From assembly GCA_032718475.1 (NCBI GenBank), contig JAUCBJ010004680.1, positions 1-58,960 of the forward strand: a stretch of 58,960 bases of DNA, written 5' to 3'. Origin of the DNA: Nemertoderma westbladi (taxonomy: Eukaryota; Animalia; Xenacoelomorpha). This document shows, piece by piece, positions 25,866 to 41,200 of this stretch (position 1 is its first letter; each line of letters begins with the position of its first letter). Under the pieces are notes generated by a model, which saw only the letters and a program-made list of their open reading frames with translations, did no database searches and was not told the DNA's origin. The translations under genes and the position numbers were made by a program.

Positions 25866-26932
25866 TGTTACCGGTACAAACTAATTATAATGTACTAACT
25901 AATAATTAATTAATAATAAATTAATATTTTTTAATTCTTTTATTATTTAATTAATAATAATTAATCAAGGAGATAGCTGTAAGGCTGTAATACAAATTAG
26001 CTGCATATGGTCCCTATTCCAGTCGCTTCCAATCAACTAGAAAGCCAGCAAGCTGGCTGGAAGGAGCCCGGGGGAAGAAGCCTATTAAAAGACTATTACA
26101 AATAAACCTTGTCGGTCAGCAGTAAGTAAACTAAACAATTGTCTAAACTATAAGGCGTGGGGCTAGCTGACTTTGTGGCTCGTCCCACATAATAAAAAAT
26201 GAAACTTTGCTATGACAACACACCCGGTTCATTTAAATTTGCGTGATTTGCGTTTTATGCTCGCACTCCTATTTGTAAGAAATGTTAAAACTTATCTTAC
26301 AGTATGCCAATGTAGTAATGGTATTAAAATATAATTAAATTAATTTACACTATTAATGCTTCAGCTAAGAAATGATGCTAATCCTATGTAATAATAATTA
26401 CAAACAACTGCTATCCTGCTATGTATTGGTACATGGAAAAAAAAACAACTTCAAACACGAGCATAACTGTAACAGAAGCCGCCATGAACAGCAGGTGGTG
26501 ACGTTACCAGAAAAGCGAAATATACAATTTTAATTTACTGGGCACTACTGGCCAGTACAGTTGTTACCAGTACTGCCATATACTATGTAAATGTAAATAA
26601 AATTGCACACGCAGGAAGGGATGGGACCTTTGATCTTTACATTCTACAGTGTTATCACCAACAATTTAAGACTATCATCAGACACGGCCTTCTAAACAAT
26701 CCCTATTTATTTCCAATTTAGCTATTCCTCAACGACATTAAACGGATGGAACGGCAACGGGTGGAATCCATGCACGGCGAGATTTGCCATAGTAGGCCTA
26801 CTTACAAATCTCGAATAATAAAGGTAACGGTAGTGTAACTGGTATTAACTATATCGACAGATAGAGCTTTTTTAAACGCTTGTAGTTTATGATTGAAAGC
26901 AAAAATAAAAATGCTAATTGAAAAAATAAACA

Positions 26933-29900
26933 CAGCACCAACAACCCACAGTACATACAAACCACAGCACGTACCACCCACAGGCCACAGCACCTACAAC
27001 CCGCATCACCTATAACACACAGCACCTACAACCCGCATCACCTTCAACCCTCAGCACCTACAACACACAGCACCTACAACCCGCATCACCTTCAACTCTC
27101 AGCACCTACACCACGGAGCCCCTACAACCCACAGCACCTACAACACACAGCACCTACACCACGCAGCCCCTACAACCCACAGCACCTACAACACACAGCA
27201 CCTACAACCCGCATCACCTTCAACCCTCAGCTCCTACACCATACATCACCTACAACACACAGCACCTACAACCCGCATCACCTTCAACCCTCAGCACCTA
27301 CAACCCGCATCACCTACAACCCGCATCACCTTCAACCCTCAGCACCTACACCACGCAGCACCTACAACCCGCATCACCTACAACACACAGCACCTACAAC
27401 CCGCATCACCTACAACCCGCATCACCTACAACACACAGCACCTACAACCCGCATCACCTTCAACCCTCAGCACCTACAACACACAGCACCTACAACCCGC
27501 ATCACCTTCAACCCTCAGCACCTACACCACGCAGCCCCTACAACCCACAGCACCTACAACACACAGCACCTACACCACGCAGCACCTACAACCCACAGCA
27601 CCTACAACACACAGCACCTACAACCCGCATCACCTTCAACCCTCAGCACCTACACCACGCAGCCCCTACAACCCACAGCACCTACAACACACAGCACCTA
27701 CACCACGCAGCACCTACAACCCGCATCACCTACAACACACAGCACCTACAACCCGCATCACCTACAACCCGCATCACCTACAACACACAGCACCTACAAC
27801 CCGCATCACCTTCAACCCTCAGCACCTACAACACACAGCACCTACAACCCACAGAACCTACAACACACAGCACCTACACCACGCAGCACCTACAACCCAC
27901 AGCACCTACAACACACAGCACCTACAACCCGCATCACCTTCAACCCTCAGCACCTACACCACGCAGCCCCTACAACCCACAGCACCTACAACACACAGCA
28001 CCTACACCACGCAGCCCCTACAAGCCACAGCACCTACAACACACAGCACCTACAACCCGCATCACCTTCAACCCTCAGCACCTACACCACGCAGCCCCTA
28101 CAACCCACAGCACCTACAACGCACAGCACCTACAACACACAGCACCTACACCACGCAGCCCCTACAACCCACAGCACCTACAACACACAGCACCTACACC
28201 ACGCAGCACCTACAACCCGCATCACCTACAACACACAGCACCTACAACCAGCATCACCTTCAACCCTCAGCACCTACAACACACAGCACCTACAACCCGC
28301 ATCACCTTCAACCCTCAGCACCTACACCACGCAGCCCCTACAACCCACAGCACCTACAACACACAGCACCTACACCACGCAGCACCTACAACCCACAGCA
28401 CCTACAACACACAGCACCTACAACCCGCATCACCTTCAACCCTCAGCACCTACACCACGCAGCCCCTACAACCCACAGCACCTACAACACACAGCACCTA
28501 CACCACGCAGCACCTACAACCCGCATCACCTACAACACACAGCACCTACAACCAGCATCACCTACAACCCGCATCACCTACAACACACAGCACCTACAAC
28601 CCGCATCACCTTCAACCCTCAGCACCTACAACACACAGCACCTACAACCCGCATCACCTTCAACCCTCAGCACCTACACCACGCAGCCCCTACAACCCAC
28701 AGCACCTACAACACACAGCACCTACACCACGCAGCACCTACAACCCACAGTACCTACAACACACAGCACCTACAACCCGCATCACCTTCAACCCTCAGCA
28801 CCTACACCACGCAGCCCCTACAACCCACAGCACCTACAACACACAGCACCTACACCACGCAGCCCCTACAAGCCACAGCACCTACAACACACAGCACCTA
28901 CAACCCGCATCACCTTCAACCCTCAGCACCTACACCACGCAGCCCCTACAACCCACAGCACCTACAACACACAGCACCTACACCACGCAGCCCCTACAAG
29001 CCACAGCACCTACAACACACAGCACCTACAACCCGCATCACCTTCAACCCTCAGCACCTACACCACGCAGCCCCTACAACGCACAGCACCTACAACACAC
29101 AGCACCTACACCACGCAGCCCCTACAACCCACAGCACCTACAACACACAGCACCTACACCACGCAGCACCTACAACCCGCATCACCTACAACACACAGCA
29201 CCTACAACCCGCATCACCTTCAACCCTCAGCACCTACAACACACAGCACCTACAACCCGCATCACCTTCAACCCTCAGCACCTACACCACGCAGCCCCTA
29301 CAACCCACAGCACCTACAACACACAGCACCTACACCACGCAGCACCTACAACCCACAGCACCTACAACACACAGCACCTACAACCCGCATCACCTTCAAC
29401 CCTCAGCACCTACAACACGCAGCCCCTACAACCCACAGCACCTACAACACACAGCACCTACACCACGCAGCCCCTACAAGCCACAGCACCTACAACACAC
29501 AGCACCTACAACCCGCATCACCTTCAACCCTCAGCACCTACACCATACATCACCTACAACCCGCATCACCTTCAACTCTCAGCACCTACACCACGCAGCC
29601 CCTACAACCCACAGCACCTACAACACACAGCACCTACACCACGCAGCCCCTACAAGCCACAGCACCTACAACACACAGCACCTACAACCCGCATCACCTT
29701 CAACCCTCAGCACCTACACCATACATCACCTACAACCCGCATCACCTTCAACCCTCAGCACCTACAACACACAGCACCTACAACCCGCATCACCTTCAAC
29801 ACACAGCATCTACACCACGCAGCCCCTACAACCTACAGCACCTACAACACACAGCACCTACACCACGCAGCCCCTACAACCCACAGCACCTACAACACAC

Positions 29901-32900
29901 AGCACCTACACCACGCATCCCCTACAACCTACAGCACCTACAACACACAGCACCTACACCACGCAGCCCCTACAACCCACAGCACCTACAACACACAGCA
30001 CCTACACCACGCATCCCCTACAACCCACAGCACCTACAACACACAGCACCTACAACCCGCATCACCTTCAACACACAGCATCTACACCACGCAGCCCCTA
30101 CAACCTACAGCACCTACAACACACAGCACCTACACCACGCAGCCCCTACAACCCACAGCACCTACAACACACAGCACCTACACCACGCAGCACCTACAAC
30201 CCGCATCACCTACAACACACAGCACCTACAACCCGCATCACCTACAACCCGCATCACCTACAACACACAGCACCTACAACCCGCATCACCTTCAACCCTC
30301 AGCACCTACAACACACAGCACCTACAACCCACAGAACCTACAACACACAGCACCTACACCACGCAGCACCTACAACCCACAGCACCTACAACACACAGCA
30401 CCTACAACCCGCATCACCTTCAACCCTCAGCACCTACACCACGCAGCCCCTACAACCCACAGCACCTACAACACACAGCACCTACACCACGCAGCCCCTA
30501 CAAGCCACAGCACCTACAACACACAGCACCTACAACCCGCATCACCTTCAACCCTCAGCACCTACACCACGCAGCCCCTACAACCCACAGCACCTACAAC
30601 GCACAGCACCTACAACACACAGCACCTACACCACGCAGCCCCTACAACCCACAGCACCTACAACACACAGCACCTACACCACGCAGCACCTACAACCCGC
30701 ATCACCTACAACACACAGCACCTACAACCCGCATCACCTTCAACCCTCAGCACCTACAACACACAGCACCTACAACCCGCATCACCTTCAACCCTCAGCA
30801 CCTACACCACGCAGCCCCTACAACCCACAGCACCTACAACACACAGCACCTACACCACGCAGCACCTACAACCCACAGCACCTACAACACACAGCACCTA
30901 CAACCCGCATCACCTTCAACCCTCAGCACCTACACCACGCAGCCCCTACAACCCACAGCACCTACAACACACAGCACCTACACCACGCAGCACCTACAAC
31001 CCGCATCACCTACAACACACAGCACCTACAACCAGCATCACCTACAACCCGCATCACCTACAACACACAGCACCTACAACCCGCATCACCTTCAACCCTC
31101 AGCACCTACAACACACAGCACCTACAACCCGCATCACCTTCAACCCTCAGCACCTACACCACGCAGCCCCTACAACCCACAGCACCTACAACACACAGCA
31201 CCTACACCACGCAGCACCTACAACCCACAGTACCTACAACACACAGCACCTACAACCCGCATCACCTTCAACCCTCAGCACCTACACCACGCAGCCCCTA
31301 CAACCCACAGCACCTACAACACACAGCACCTACACCACGCAGCCCCTACAAGCCACAGCACCTACAACACACAGCACCTACAACCCGCATCACCTTCAAC
31401 CCTCAGCACCTACACCACGCAGCCCCTACAACCCACAGCACCTACAACACACAGCACCTACACCACGCAGCCCCTACAAGCCACAGCACCTACAACACAC
31501 AGCACCTACAACCCGCATCACCTTCAACCCTCAGCACCTACACCACGCAGACCCTACAACGCACAGCACCTACAACACACAGCACCTACACCACGCAGCC
31601 CCTACAACCCACAGCACCTACAACACACAGCACCTACACCACGCAGCACCTACAACCCGCATCACCTACAACACACAGCACCTACAACCCGCATCACCTT
31701 CAACCCTCAGCACCTACAACACACAGCACCTACAACCCGCATCACCTTCAACCCTCAGCACCTACACCACGCAGCCCCTACAACGCACAGCACCTACAAC
31801 ACACAGCACCTACACCACGCAGCACCTACAACCCACAGCACCTACAACACACAGCACCTACAACCCGCATCACCTTCAACCCTCAGCACCTACAACACGC
31901 AGCCCCTACAACCCACAGCACCTACAACACACAGCACCTACACCACGCAGCCCCTACAAGCCACAGCACCTACAACACACAGCACCTACAACCCGCATCA
32001 CCTTCAACCCTCAGCACCTACACCATACATCACCTACAACCCGCATCACCTTCAACTCTCAGCACCTACACCACGCAGCCCCTACAACCCACAGCACCTA
32101 CAACACACAGCACCTACACCACGCAGCCCCTACAAGCCACAGCACCTACAACACACAGCACCTACAACCCGCATCACCTTCAACCCTCAGCACCTACACC
32201 ATACATCACCTACAACCCGCATCACCTTCAACCCTCAGCACCTACAACACACAGCACCTACAACCCGCATCACCTTCAACACACAGCATCTACACCACGC
32301 AGCCCCTACAACCTACAGCACCTACAACACACAGCACCTACACCACGCAGCCCCTACAACCCACAGCACCTACAACACACAGCACCTACACCACGCATCC
32401 CCTACAACCTACAGCACCTACAACACACAGCACCTACACCACGCAGCCCCTACAACCCACAGCACCTACAACACACAGCACCTACACCACGCATCCCCTA
32501 CAACCCACAGCACCTACAACACACAGCACCTACAACCCGCATCACCTTCAACACACAGCATCTACACCACGCAGCCCCTACAACCTACAGCACCTACAAC
32601 ACACAGCACCTACACCACGCAGCCCCTACAACCCACAGCACCTACAACACACAGCACCTACACCACGCATCCCCTACAACCCACAGCACCTACAACACAC
32701 AGCACCTACAACCCGCATCACCTTCAACCCTCAGCACCTACAGCACACAGCACCTACACCACGCATCCCCTACAACCCACAGCACCTACAACACACAGCA
32801 CCTACAACCCGCATCACCTTTAACCCTCAGTACCTACACCACGCAGCCCCTACAACCCACAGCACCTACAACACACAGCACCTACACCACACAGCCCCTA

Positions 32901-33770
32901 CAACCCACAGCTCCTACAACACACAGCACCTACACCACGCATCCCCTACAACCCACAGCACCTACAACACACAGCACCTACACCACGCAGCCCCTACAAC
33001 CCACAGCACCTACAACACACAGCACCTACACCACGCATCCCCTACAACCCACAGCACCTACAACACACAGCACCTACAACCCGCATCACCTTCAACCCTC
33101 AGCACCTACAGCACACAGCACCTACACCACGCATCCCCTACAACCCACAGCACCTACAACACACAGCACCTACAACCCGCATCACCTTTAACCCTCAGTA
33201 CCTACACCACGCAGCCCCTACAACCCACGGCACCTACAACACACAGCACCTACACCACACAGCCCCTACAACCCACAGCACCTACAACACACAGCACCTA
33301 CACCACGCATCCCCTACAACCCACAGCACCTACAACACACAGCACCTACAACCCGCATCACCTTCAACCATCAGCACCTACAACACACAGCACCTACACC
33401 ACGCATCCCCTACAACCCACAGCACATACAACACACAGCACCTACAACCCGCATCACCTTCAACCCTCAGCACCTACAACACACAGCACCTACACCACGC
33501 AGCCCCTACAACCCACAGCACCTACAACACACAGCACCTACAACCCCCATCACCTTCAACCATCAGCACCTACAACCCGCATCACCTACAACCCGCATCA
33601 CCTTCAACCCTCAGCACCTACAACACACAGCACCTACACCACGCATCCCCTACAACCCACAGCACCTACAACACACAGCACCTACAACCCCCATCACCTT
33701 CAACCATCAGCACCTACAAGCTACAACACACAGCACTTACAACCCACAACACAAGACATAGAGCACCTAC
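26933..33770. repeat. 16-bp CA-rich minisatellite (cacctacaacacacag and variants), ~6.8 kb, ~425 copies
   Basis: Strict 16-bp period with a small set of recurring variants (cacctacaacccgcat, caccttcaaccctcag, cacctacaccacgcag, cccctacaacccacag). Confidence 0.97.
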
Positions 33771-34007
33771 AATTTTTAACACAAAACTTTTATTTAACTT
33801 TTTTTAGACCAATTTTAAACTTTATCTTAAACTTTATCACTGACCAGATAATAAATCATGCATATATATAATGATGAGTTCACTAACTAAATTGTCTAAT
33901 AATATACTGAGAGCCAGAGTGGGTATTAGATATTGCCTTAACCACAGGGGTTAATAACCATGGCTTTGTGAATTAAGCCCCAGGTAGTATAATAGATTCC
34001 ACCTGAA

Positions 34008-35023
34008 ATAAACGGTTTGTCTGGCAGTTCGAGAGTAGTAGAGGGTGCAACAAGTGGTTTGTCTGGTAGTTTGAGGGTAGTAGAGGGTGCAACAAGTGGT
34101 TTGTCTGGTAGTTTGAGGGTACAATAAACGGTTTGTCTGGCTGATTCGGAATATTCTTTATCATCACCATCTTTATAGTCTACTTGCAAGCAATAAATAA
34201 CCAGAAACATCTGTATCTTCTATCTTCAAGTGACTTTAAAAAATCTTTAAAGTTGACAAATTATCGTCGTCTTGTACTTTCAGAATAAGGCAGGCCTAAA
34301 ATTGTGACAAGATAAAATGTTATATTATATTATATATATTTAATTCACCGTCTCTCACCATAATTCATTTTTATTAGTGATGTGATCCCATTGAATGGTC
34401 TGGTCAGTGGAAGTGAACTGCCAGACTAACCGTTTATTGCACCCTCTAACTAACTGCCAGACAAACCGTTTATGCACCCTCTAACTGCCAGACTAACCGT
34501 TTAACAAACCTCTAACTCCCAGACAAACCGTTTATGCACCCTCTAACTCCCAGACAAACCGTTTATGCACCCTCTAACTGCCAGACAAACCGTTTATTGC
34601 ACACTCTAACTGCTAGACAAACCGTTTATGCACCCTCTAACTGCCAGACTAACCGTTTAACAAACCTCTAACTCCCAGAAAAACCGTTTATGCACCCTCT
34701 AACTCCCAGACAAACCGTTTATGCACCCTCTAACTGCCAGACAAACCGTTTATTGCACACTCTAACTGCCCGACAAACCGTTTATGCACCCTCTAACTGC
34801 CAGACAAACCGTTTATTGCACCCTCTAACTGCCAGACAAACCGTTTATGCACCCTCTAACTCCCAGACAAACCGTTTATGCACCATCTAACTGCCAGACT
34901 AACCGTTTAACAAACCTCTAACTCCCAGACAAACCGTTTATGCACCCTCTAACTCCCAGACAAACCGTTTATGCACCATCTAAATGCCAGACTAACCGTT
35001 TAACAAACCTCTAACTCCCAGAC
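34008..35023. repeat. 31-bp repeat (aactgccagacaaaccgtttatgcaccctct) in two oppositely oriented blocks: ~34008-34142 (reverse) and ~34417-35023 (forward, ~19 copies)
   Basis: The left block reads aaacggtttgtctggcagtt...agagggtgcaa, the reverse complement of the right-block unit. Confidence 0.88.
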
Positions 35024-35296
35024 TTTAAATTAGACCAAATTTTAATGAAATAGCTTGAAATTTGAAACAGAGATAGTTTCACCTCCCTCCTCCTTGCTGG
35101 GTGAGCCAGAATTTTTATTTTTGCCTTCATTCTTTAGCTACAAGCGTTTGAAAAAAGTGTCTCCGGTGATATTGCGCCAGTTACACTCCAGTTATTCTTC
35201 AACCGTATAGTGATTTGTTGGTACTGATAGAAAGCTGACCGTACAAGGATTCCAAATAATTATGTATCACAATCTGAATTTCGTCGTAAAACAGCA

Positions 35297-35554
35297 GAGA
35301 TATGAGCATTCTAAAGTTGCATGGTTTTACACCTGCACAAGGATATTTTATTATATTAAAAAAATCCACCATATTCTAGAACATGTTGTTTATCCCATAC
35401 GTAGCTGGGCAACAATGTAGTAACTCTGTAATCATACTATTGCGTAGCTATTGGTACATAAACAAAGTGTTCTAGAATAGGGATTATTAATTAAATAGAA
35501 TAAAATAGCCTCGCGCAGATGCGAAATCATTTAACATTTGAACGCTCATATCTC
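35297..35554. mobile_element. Degenerate long inverted repeat (old MITE/foldback), arms ~95 bp
   Basis: gagatatgagcattc...tattctagaacatgttgtttat pairs imperfectly with ataaacaaagtgttctagaata...gaacgctcatatctc. Confidence 0.65.
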
Positions 35555-35926
35555 AGCTATTATCTCAGCTTTCTGTTTACGTTACTGAGATACATTTAAT
35601 AATGTTTATTTCAATTCCAGTAATAAAAATATAATATAAATAAATATTAATGGTATATTAATACCCCCCCCCCCCCCCCCCCCCGACCCCCCCTCATAAA
35701 ATTTCACGCCCCATTATTATTCTAGCACTCCACAATGAAACCCTTTTAGAAATGTTTGATTGCTACACACACCACGGGTAACTGTAACTGCTCAATAAAA
35801 AAAATAATTGTAAAGGCGAAAGTATTTTATTTAATATTAGGGTGTTATTTAGCCGAGTTAAGTAAACATCTGAAAATAAAGCTCCCGGGTAAAATAACTG
35901 GTTAATAATATAGTAATAGATACGTT

Positions 35927-38133
35927 ATTAGAGTTAGTTAGAGATTGTATGAGATTGCGGAATTAGAGTTAGTTAGAGATTGTATGAGATTGCGGAATTA
36001 GAGTTAGTTAGAGATTGTATGAGATTGCGGAATTAGAGTTAGTTAGAGATTGTATGAGATTGTGGAATTAGAGATTGTATGAGATTGCGGAATTAGAGTT
36101 AGTTAGAGATTGTATGAGATTGCGGAATTAGAGTTAGTTAGAGATTGTATGAGATTGTGGAATTAGAGATTGTATGAGATTGCGGAATTAGAGTTAGTTA
36201 GAGATTGTATGAGATTGCGGAATTAGAGTTAGTTAGAGATTGTATGAGATTGTGGAATTAGAGTTAGTTAGAGATTGCATGAGGTTGCGGAATTAGAGTT
36301 AGTTTGAGATTGTATGAGATTGCGGAATTAGAGTTAGTTAGAGATTGTATGAGATTGCGGAATTAGAGTTAGTTAGAAATTGTATGAGATTGCGGAATTA
36401 GAGTTAGTTAGAGATTGTATGAGATTGCGGAATTAGAGTTAGTTAGAGATTGCATGAGGTTGCGGAATTAGAGTTAGTTTGAGATTGTATGAGATTGCCG
36501 AATTAGAGATTGTATGAGATTGCGGAATTAGAGTTAGTTAGAGATTGTATGAGAATGCGGAATTAGAGTTAGTTAGAGATTGTATGAGATTGTGGAATTA
36601 GAGTTAGTTAGAGATTGTATGAGGTTGCGGAATTAGAGTTAGTTAGAGATTGCATGAGGTTGCGGAATTAGAGTTCGTTAGAGATTGTATGAGATTGCGG
36701 AATTAGAGTTAGTTAGAGATTGTATGAGATTGTGGAATTCGAGTTAGTTAGAGATTGTATGAGATTGCGGAATTAGAGTTAGTTAGAGATTGTATGAGAT
36801 TGCGGAATTAGAGTTCGTTAGAGATTGTATGAGATTGCGGAATTAGAGTTAGTTAGAGATTGTATGAGATTGTGGAATTAGAGTTAGTTAGAGATTGTAT
36901 GAGATTGCGGAATTAGAGTTAGTTAGAGATTGTATGAGATTGCGGAATTAGAGTTAGTTAGAGATTGTATGAGATTGCGGAATTAGAGTTAGTTAGAGAT
37001 TGTATGAGATTGTGGAATTAGAGTTAGTTAGAGATTGTATGAGATTGCGGAATTAGAGTTAGTTAGAGATTGTATGAGATTGCGGAATTAGAGTTCGTTA
37101 GAGATTGTATGAGATTGCGGAATTAGAGTTCGTTAGAGATTGTATGAGATTGCGGAATTAGAGTTAGTTAGAGATTGTATGAGATTGCGGAATTAGAGAT
37201 TGTATGAGATTGCGGAATTAGAGTTAGTTAGAGATTGTATGAGATTGTGGAATTAGAGTTAGTTAGAGATTGTATGAGATTGCGGAATTAGAGTTAGTTA
37301 GAGATTGTATGAGATTGCGGAATTAGAGTTCGTTAGAGATTGTATGAGATTGCGGAATTAGAGTTAGTTAGAGATTGTATGAGATTGTGGAATTAGAGTT
37401 AGTTAGAGATTGTATGAGATTGCGGAATTAGAGTTAGTTAGAGATTGTATGAGATTGCGGAATTAGAGTTCGTTAGAGATTGTATGAGATTGCGGAATTA
37501 GAGTTAGTTAGAGATTGTATGAGATTGCGGAATTAGAGATTGTATGAGATTGCGGAATTAGAGTTAGTTAGAGATTGTATGAGATTGCGGAATTAGAGAT
37601 TGTATGAGATTGCGGAATTAGAGTTAGTTAGAGATTGTATGAGATTGCGGAATTAGAGTTAGTTAGAGATTGTATGAGATTGCGGAATTAGAGTTAGTTA
37701 GAGATTGCATGAGATTGCGGAATTAGAGTTAGTTAGAGATTGTATGAGATTGCAGAATTAGAGATTGTATGAGATTGCGGAATTAGAGTTAGTTAGAGAT
37801 TGTATGAGATTGCGGAATTAGAGTTAGTTAGAGATTGTATGAGATTGCGGAATTAGAGTTAGTTAGAGATTGTATGAGATTGCCGAATTAGAGATAGTTA
37901 GAGATTGTATGAGATTGCGGAATTCGAGTTAGTTAGAGCTTGTATGAGATTGCGGAATTCGAGTTAGTTAGAGATTGTATGAGATTGCGGAATTTCGAGT
38001 TAGTTAGAGATTGTATGAGATTGCGGAATTTCGAGTTAGTTAGAGATTGTATGAGATTGCGGAATTAGAGTTAGTTAGAGATTGTATGAGATTGCGGAAT
38101 TAGAGTTAGTTAGAGATTGTATGAGATTGTGGA
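35927..38133. repeat. 35-bp minisatellite (attagagttagttagagattgtatgagattgcgga), ~64 copies, with a 25-bp deletion variant
   Basis: Tandem array directly visible. Confidence 0.97.
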
Positions 38134-38276
38134 AAATGTCCAGTGTATCTTAGACATAATCATTTCCGCAGCTGCAATCTCCGCAATTTTACGCTCAGGT
38201 GACAAACGGTAGATGTATATTCTAATTGGATTACCGTTTTATTTGCTTAAGTGCAACCTGTAGTGATATTCCGTGG

Positions 38277-41200
38277 ATATACAACCCACCTGTACTTTGT
38301 CACCATAGAGAGAGATACTCCATATACAACCCACCTGTACTTTGTCACCATAGAGATACTCCATATACAACCCACCTGTACTTTGTCACCATGGAGATAC
38401 TCCATATACAACCCACCTGTACTTTGTCACCATAGAGATACTCCATATACAACCCACCTGTACTTTGTCACCATAGAGATACTCCATATACAACCCACCT
38501 GTACTTTGTCACCATGGAGATACTCCATATACAACCCACCTGTACTTTGTCACCATGGAGATACTCCATATACAACCCACCTGTACTTTGTCACCATAGA
38601 GATACTCCATATACAACCCACCTGTACTTTGTCACCATAGAGATACTCCATATACAACCCACCTGTACTTTGTCACCATGGAGATACTCCATATACAACC
38701 CACCTGTACTTTGTCACCATGGAGATACTCCATATACAACCCACCTGTACTTTGTCACCATAGAGAGAGATACTCCATATACAACCCACCTGTACTTTGT
38801 CACCATAGAGATACTCCATATACAACCCACCTGTACTTTGTCACCATGGAGATACTCCATATACAACCCACCTGTACTTTGTCACCATAGAGATACTCCA
38901 TATACAACCCACCTGTACTTTGTCACCATGGAGATACTCCATATACAACCCACCTGTACTTTGTCACCATAGAGATACTCCATATACAACCCACCTGTAC
39001 TTTGTCACCATGGAGATACTCCATATACAACCCACCTGTACTTTGTCACCATGGAGATACTCCATATACAACCCACCTGTACTTTGTCACCATAGAGATA
39101 CTCCATATACAACCCACCTGTACTTTGTCACCATGGAGATACTCCATATACAACCCACCTGTACTTTGTCACCATAGAGATACTCCATATACAACCCACC
39201 TGTACTTTGTCACCATAGAGATACTCCATATACAACCCACCTGTACTTTGTCACCATGGAGATACTCCATATACAACCCACCTGTACTTTGTCACCATAG
39301 AGATACTCCATATACAACCCACCTGTACTTTGTCACCATGGAGATACTCCATATACAACCCACCTGTACTTTGTCACCATGGAGATACTCCATATACAAC
39401 CCACCTGTACTTTGTCACCATAGAGATACTCCATATACAACCCACCTGTACTTTGTCACCATAGAGATACTCCATATACAACCCACCTGTACTTTGTCAC
39501 CATGGAGATACTCCATATACAACCCACCTGTACTTTGTCACCATGGAGATACTCCATATACAACCCACCTGTACTTTGTCACCATAGAGATACTCCATAT
39601 ACAACCCACCTGTACTTTGTCACCATGGAGATACTCCATATACAACCCACCTGTACTTTGTCACCATGGAGATACTCCATATACAACCCACCTGTACTTT
39701 GTCACCATGGAGATACTCCATATACAACCCACCTGTACTTTGTCACCATGGAGATACTCCATATACAACCCACCTGTACTTTGTCACCATAGAGATACTC
39801 CATATACAACCCACCTGTACTTTGTCACCATAGAGATACTCCATATACAACCCACCTGTACTTTGTCACCATAGAGATACTCCATATACAACCCACCTGT
39901 ACTTTGTCACCATGGAGATACTCCATATACAACCCACCTGTACTTTGTCACCATGGAGATACTCCATATACAACCCACCTGTACTTTGTCACCATGGAGA
40001 TACTCCATATACAACCCACCTGTACTTTGTCACCATAGAGATACTCCATATACAACCCACCTGTACTTTGTCACCATAGAGATACTCCATACACAACCCA
40101 CCTGTACTTTGTCACCATGGAGATACTCCATATACAACCCACCTGTACTTTGTCACCATGGAGATACTCCATATACAACCCACCTGTACTTTGTCACCAT
40201 GGAGATACTCCATATACAACCCACCTGTACTTTGTCACCATGGAGATACTCCATATACAACCCACCTGTACTTTGTCACCATGGAGATACTCCATATACA
40301 ACCCACCTGTACTTTGTCACCATAGAGATACTCCATATACAACCCACCTGTACTTTGTCACCATGGAGATACTCCATATACAACCCACCTGTACTTTGTC
40401 ACCATGGAGATACTCCATATACAACCCACCTGTACTTTGTCACCATAGAGATACTCCATATACAACCCACCTGTACTTTGTCACCATGGAGATACTCCAT
40501 ATACAACCCACCTGTACTTTGTCACCATGGAGATACTCCATATACAACCCACCTGTACTTTGTCACCATAGAGATACTCCATATACAACCCACCTGTACT
40601 TTGTCACCATAGAGATACTCCATATACAACCCACCTGTACTTTGTCACCATAGAGATACTCCATATACAACCCACCTGTACTTTGTCACCATGGAGATAC
40701 TCCATATACAACCCACCTGTACTTTGTCACCATAGAGAGAGATACTCCATATACAACCCACCTGTACTTTGTCACCATAGAGATACTCCATATACAACCC
40801 ACCTGTACTTTGTCACCATGGAGATACTCCATATACAACCCACCTGTACTTTGTCACCATAGAGAGAGATACTCCATATACAACCCACCTGTACTTTGTC
40901 ACCATAGAGAGAGATACTCCATATACAACCCACCTGTACTTTGTCACCATAGAGATACTCCATACACAACCCACCTGTACTTTGTCACCATAGAGAGAGA
41001 TACTCCATATACAACCCACCTGTACTTTGTCACCATAGAGATACTCCATATACAACCCACCTGTACTTTGTCACCATAGAGATACTCCATATACAACCCA
41101 CCTGTACTTTGTCACCATAGAGAGAGATACTCCATATACAACCCACCTGTACTTTGTCACCATAGAGATACTCCATATACAACCCACCTGTACTTTGTCA

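Noticed and set aside
26933-33770. Telomeric repeat or mucin-like Thr/Pro-rich coding repeat
   Set aside because: The 16-bp unit is not a known telomere motif, is not a multiple of 3, and has no supported start or splice structure.
34157-34180. DYKDGDDK, a 7/8 match to the FLAG tag, on the minus strand
   Set aside because: No vector context; it sits in a short ORF running into a repeat and is most likely coincidence.
35663-35694. Poly-C tract as a regulatory element
   Set aside because: Simple homopolymer with no supporting context.
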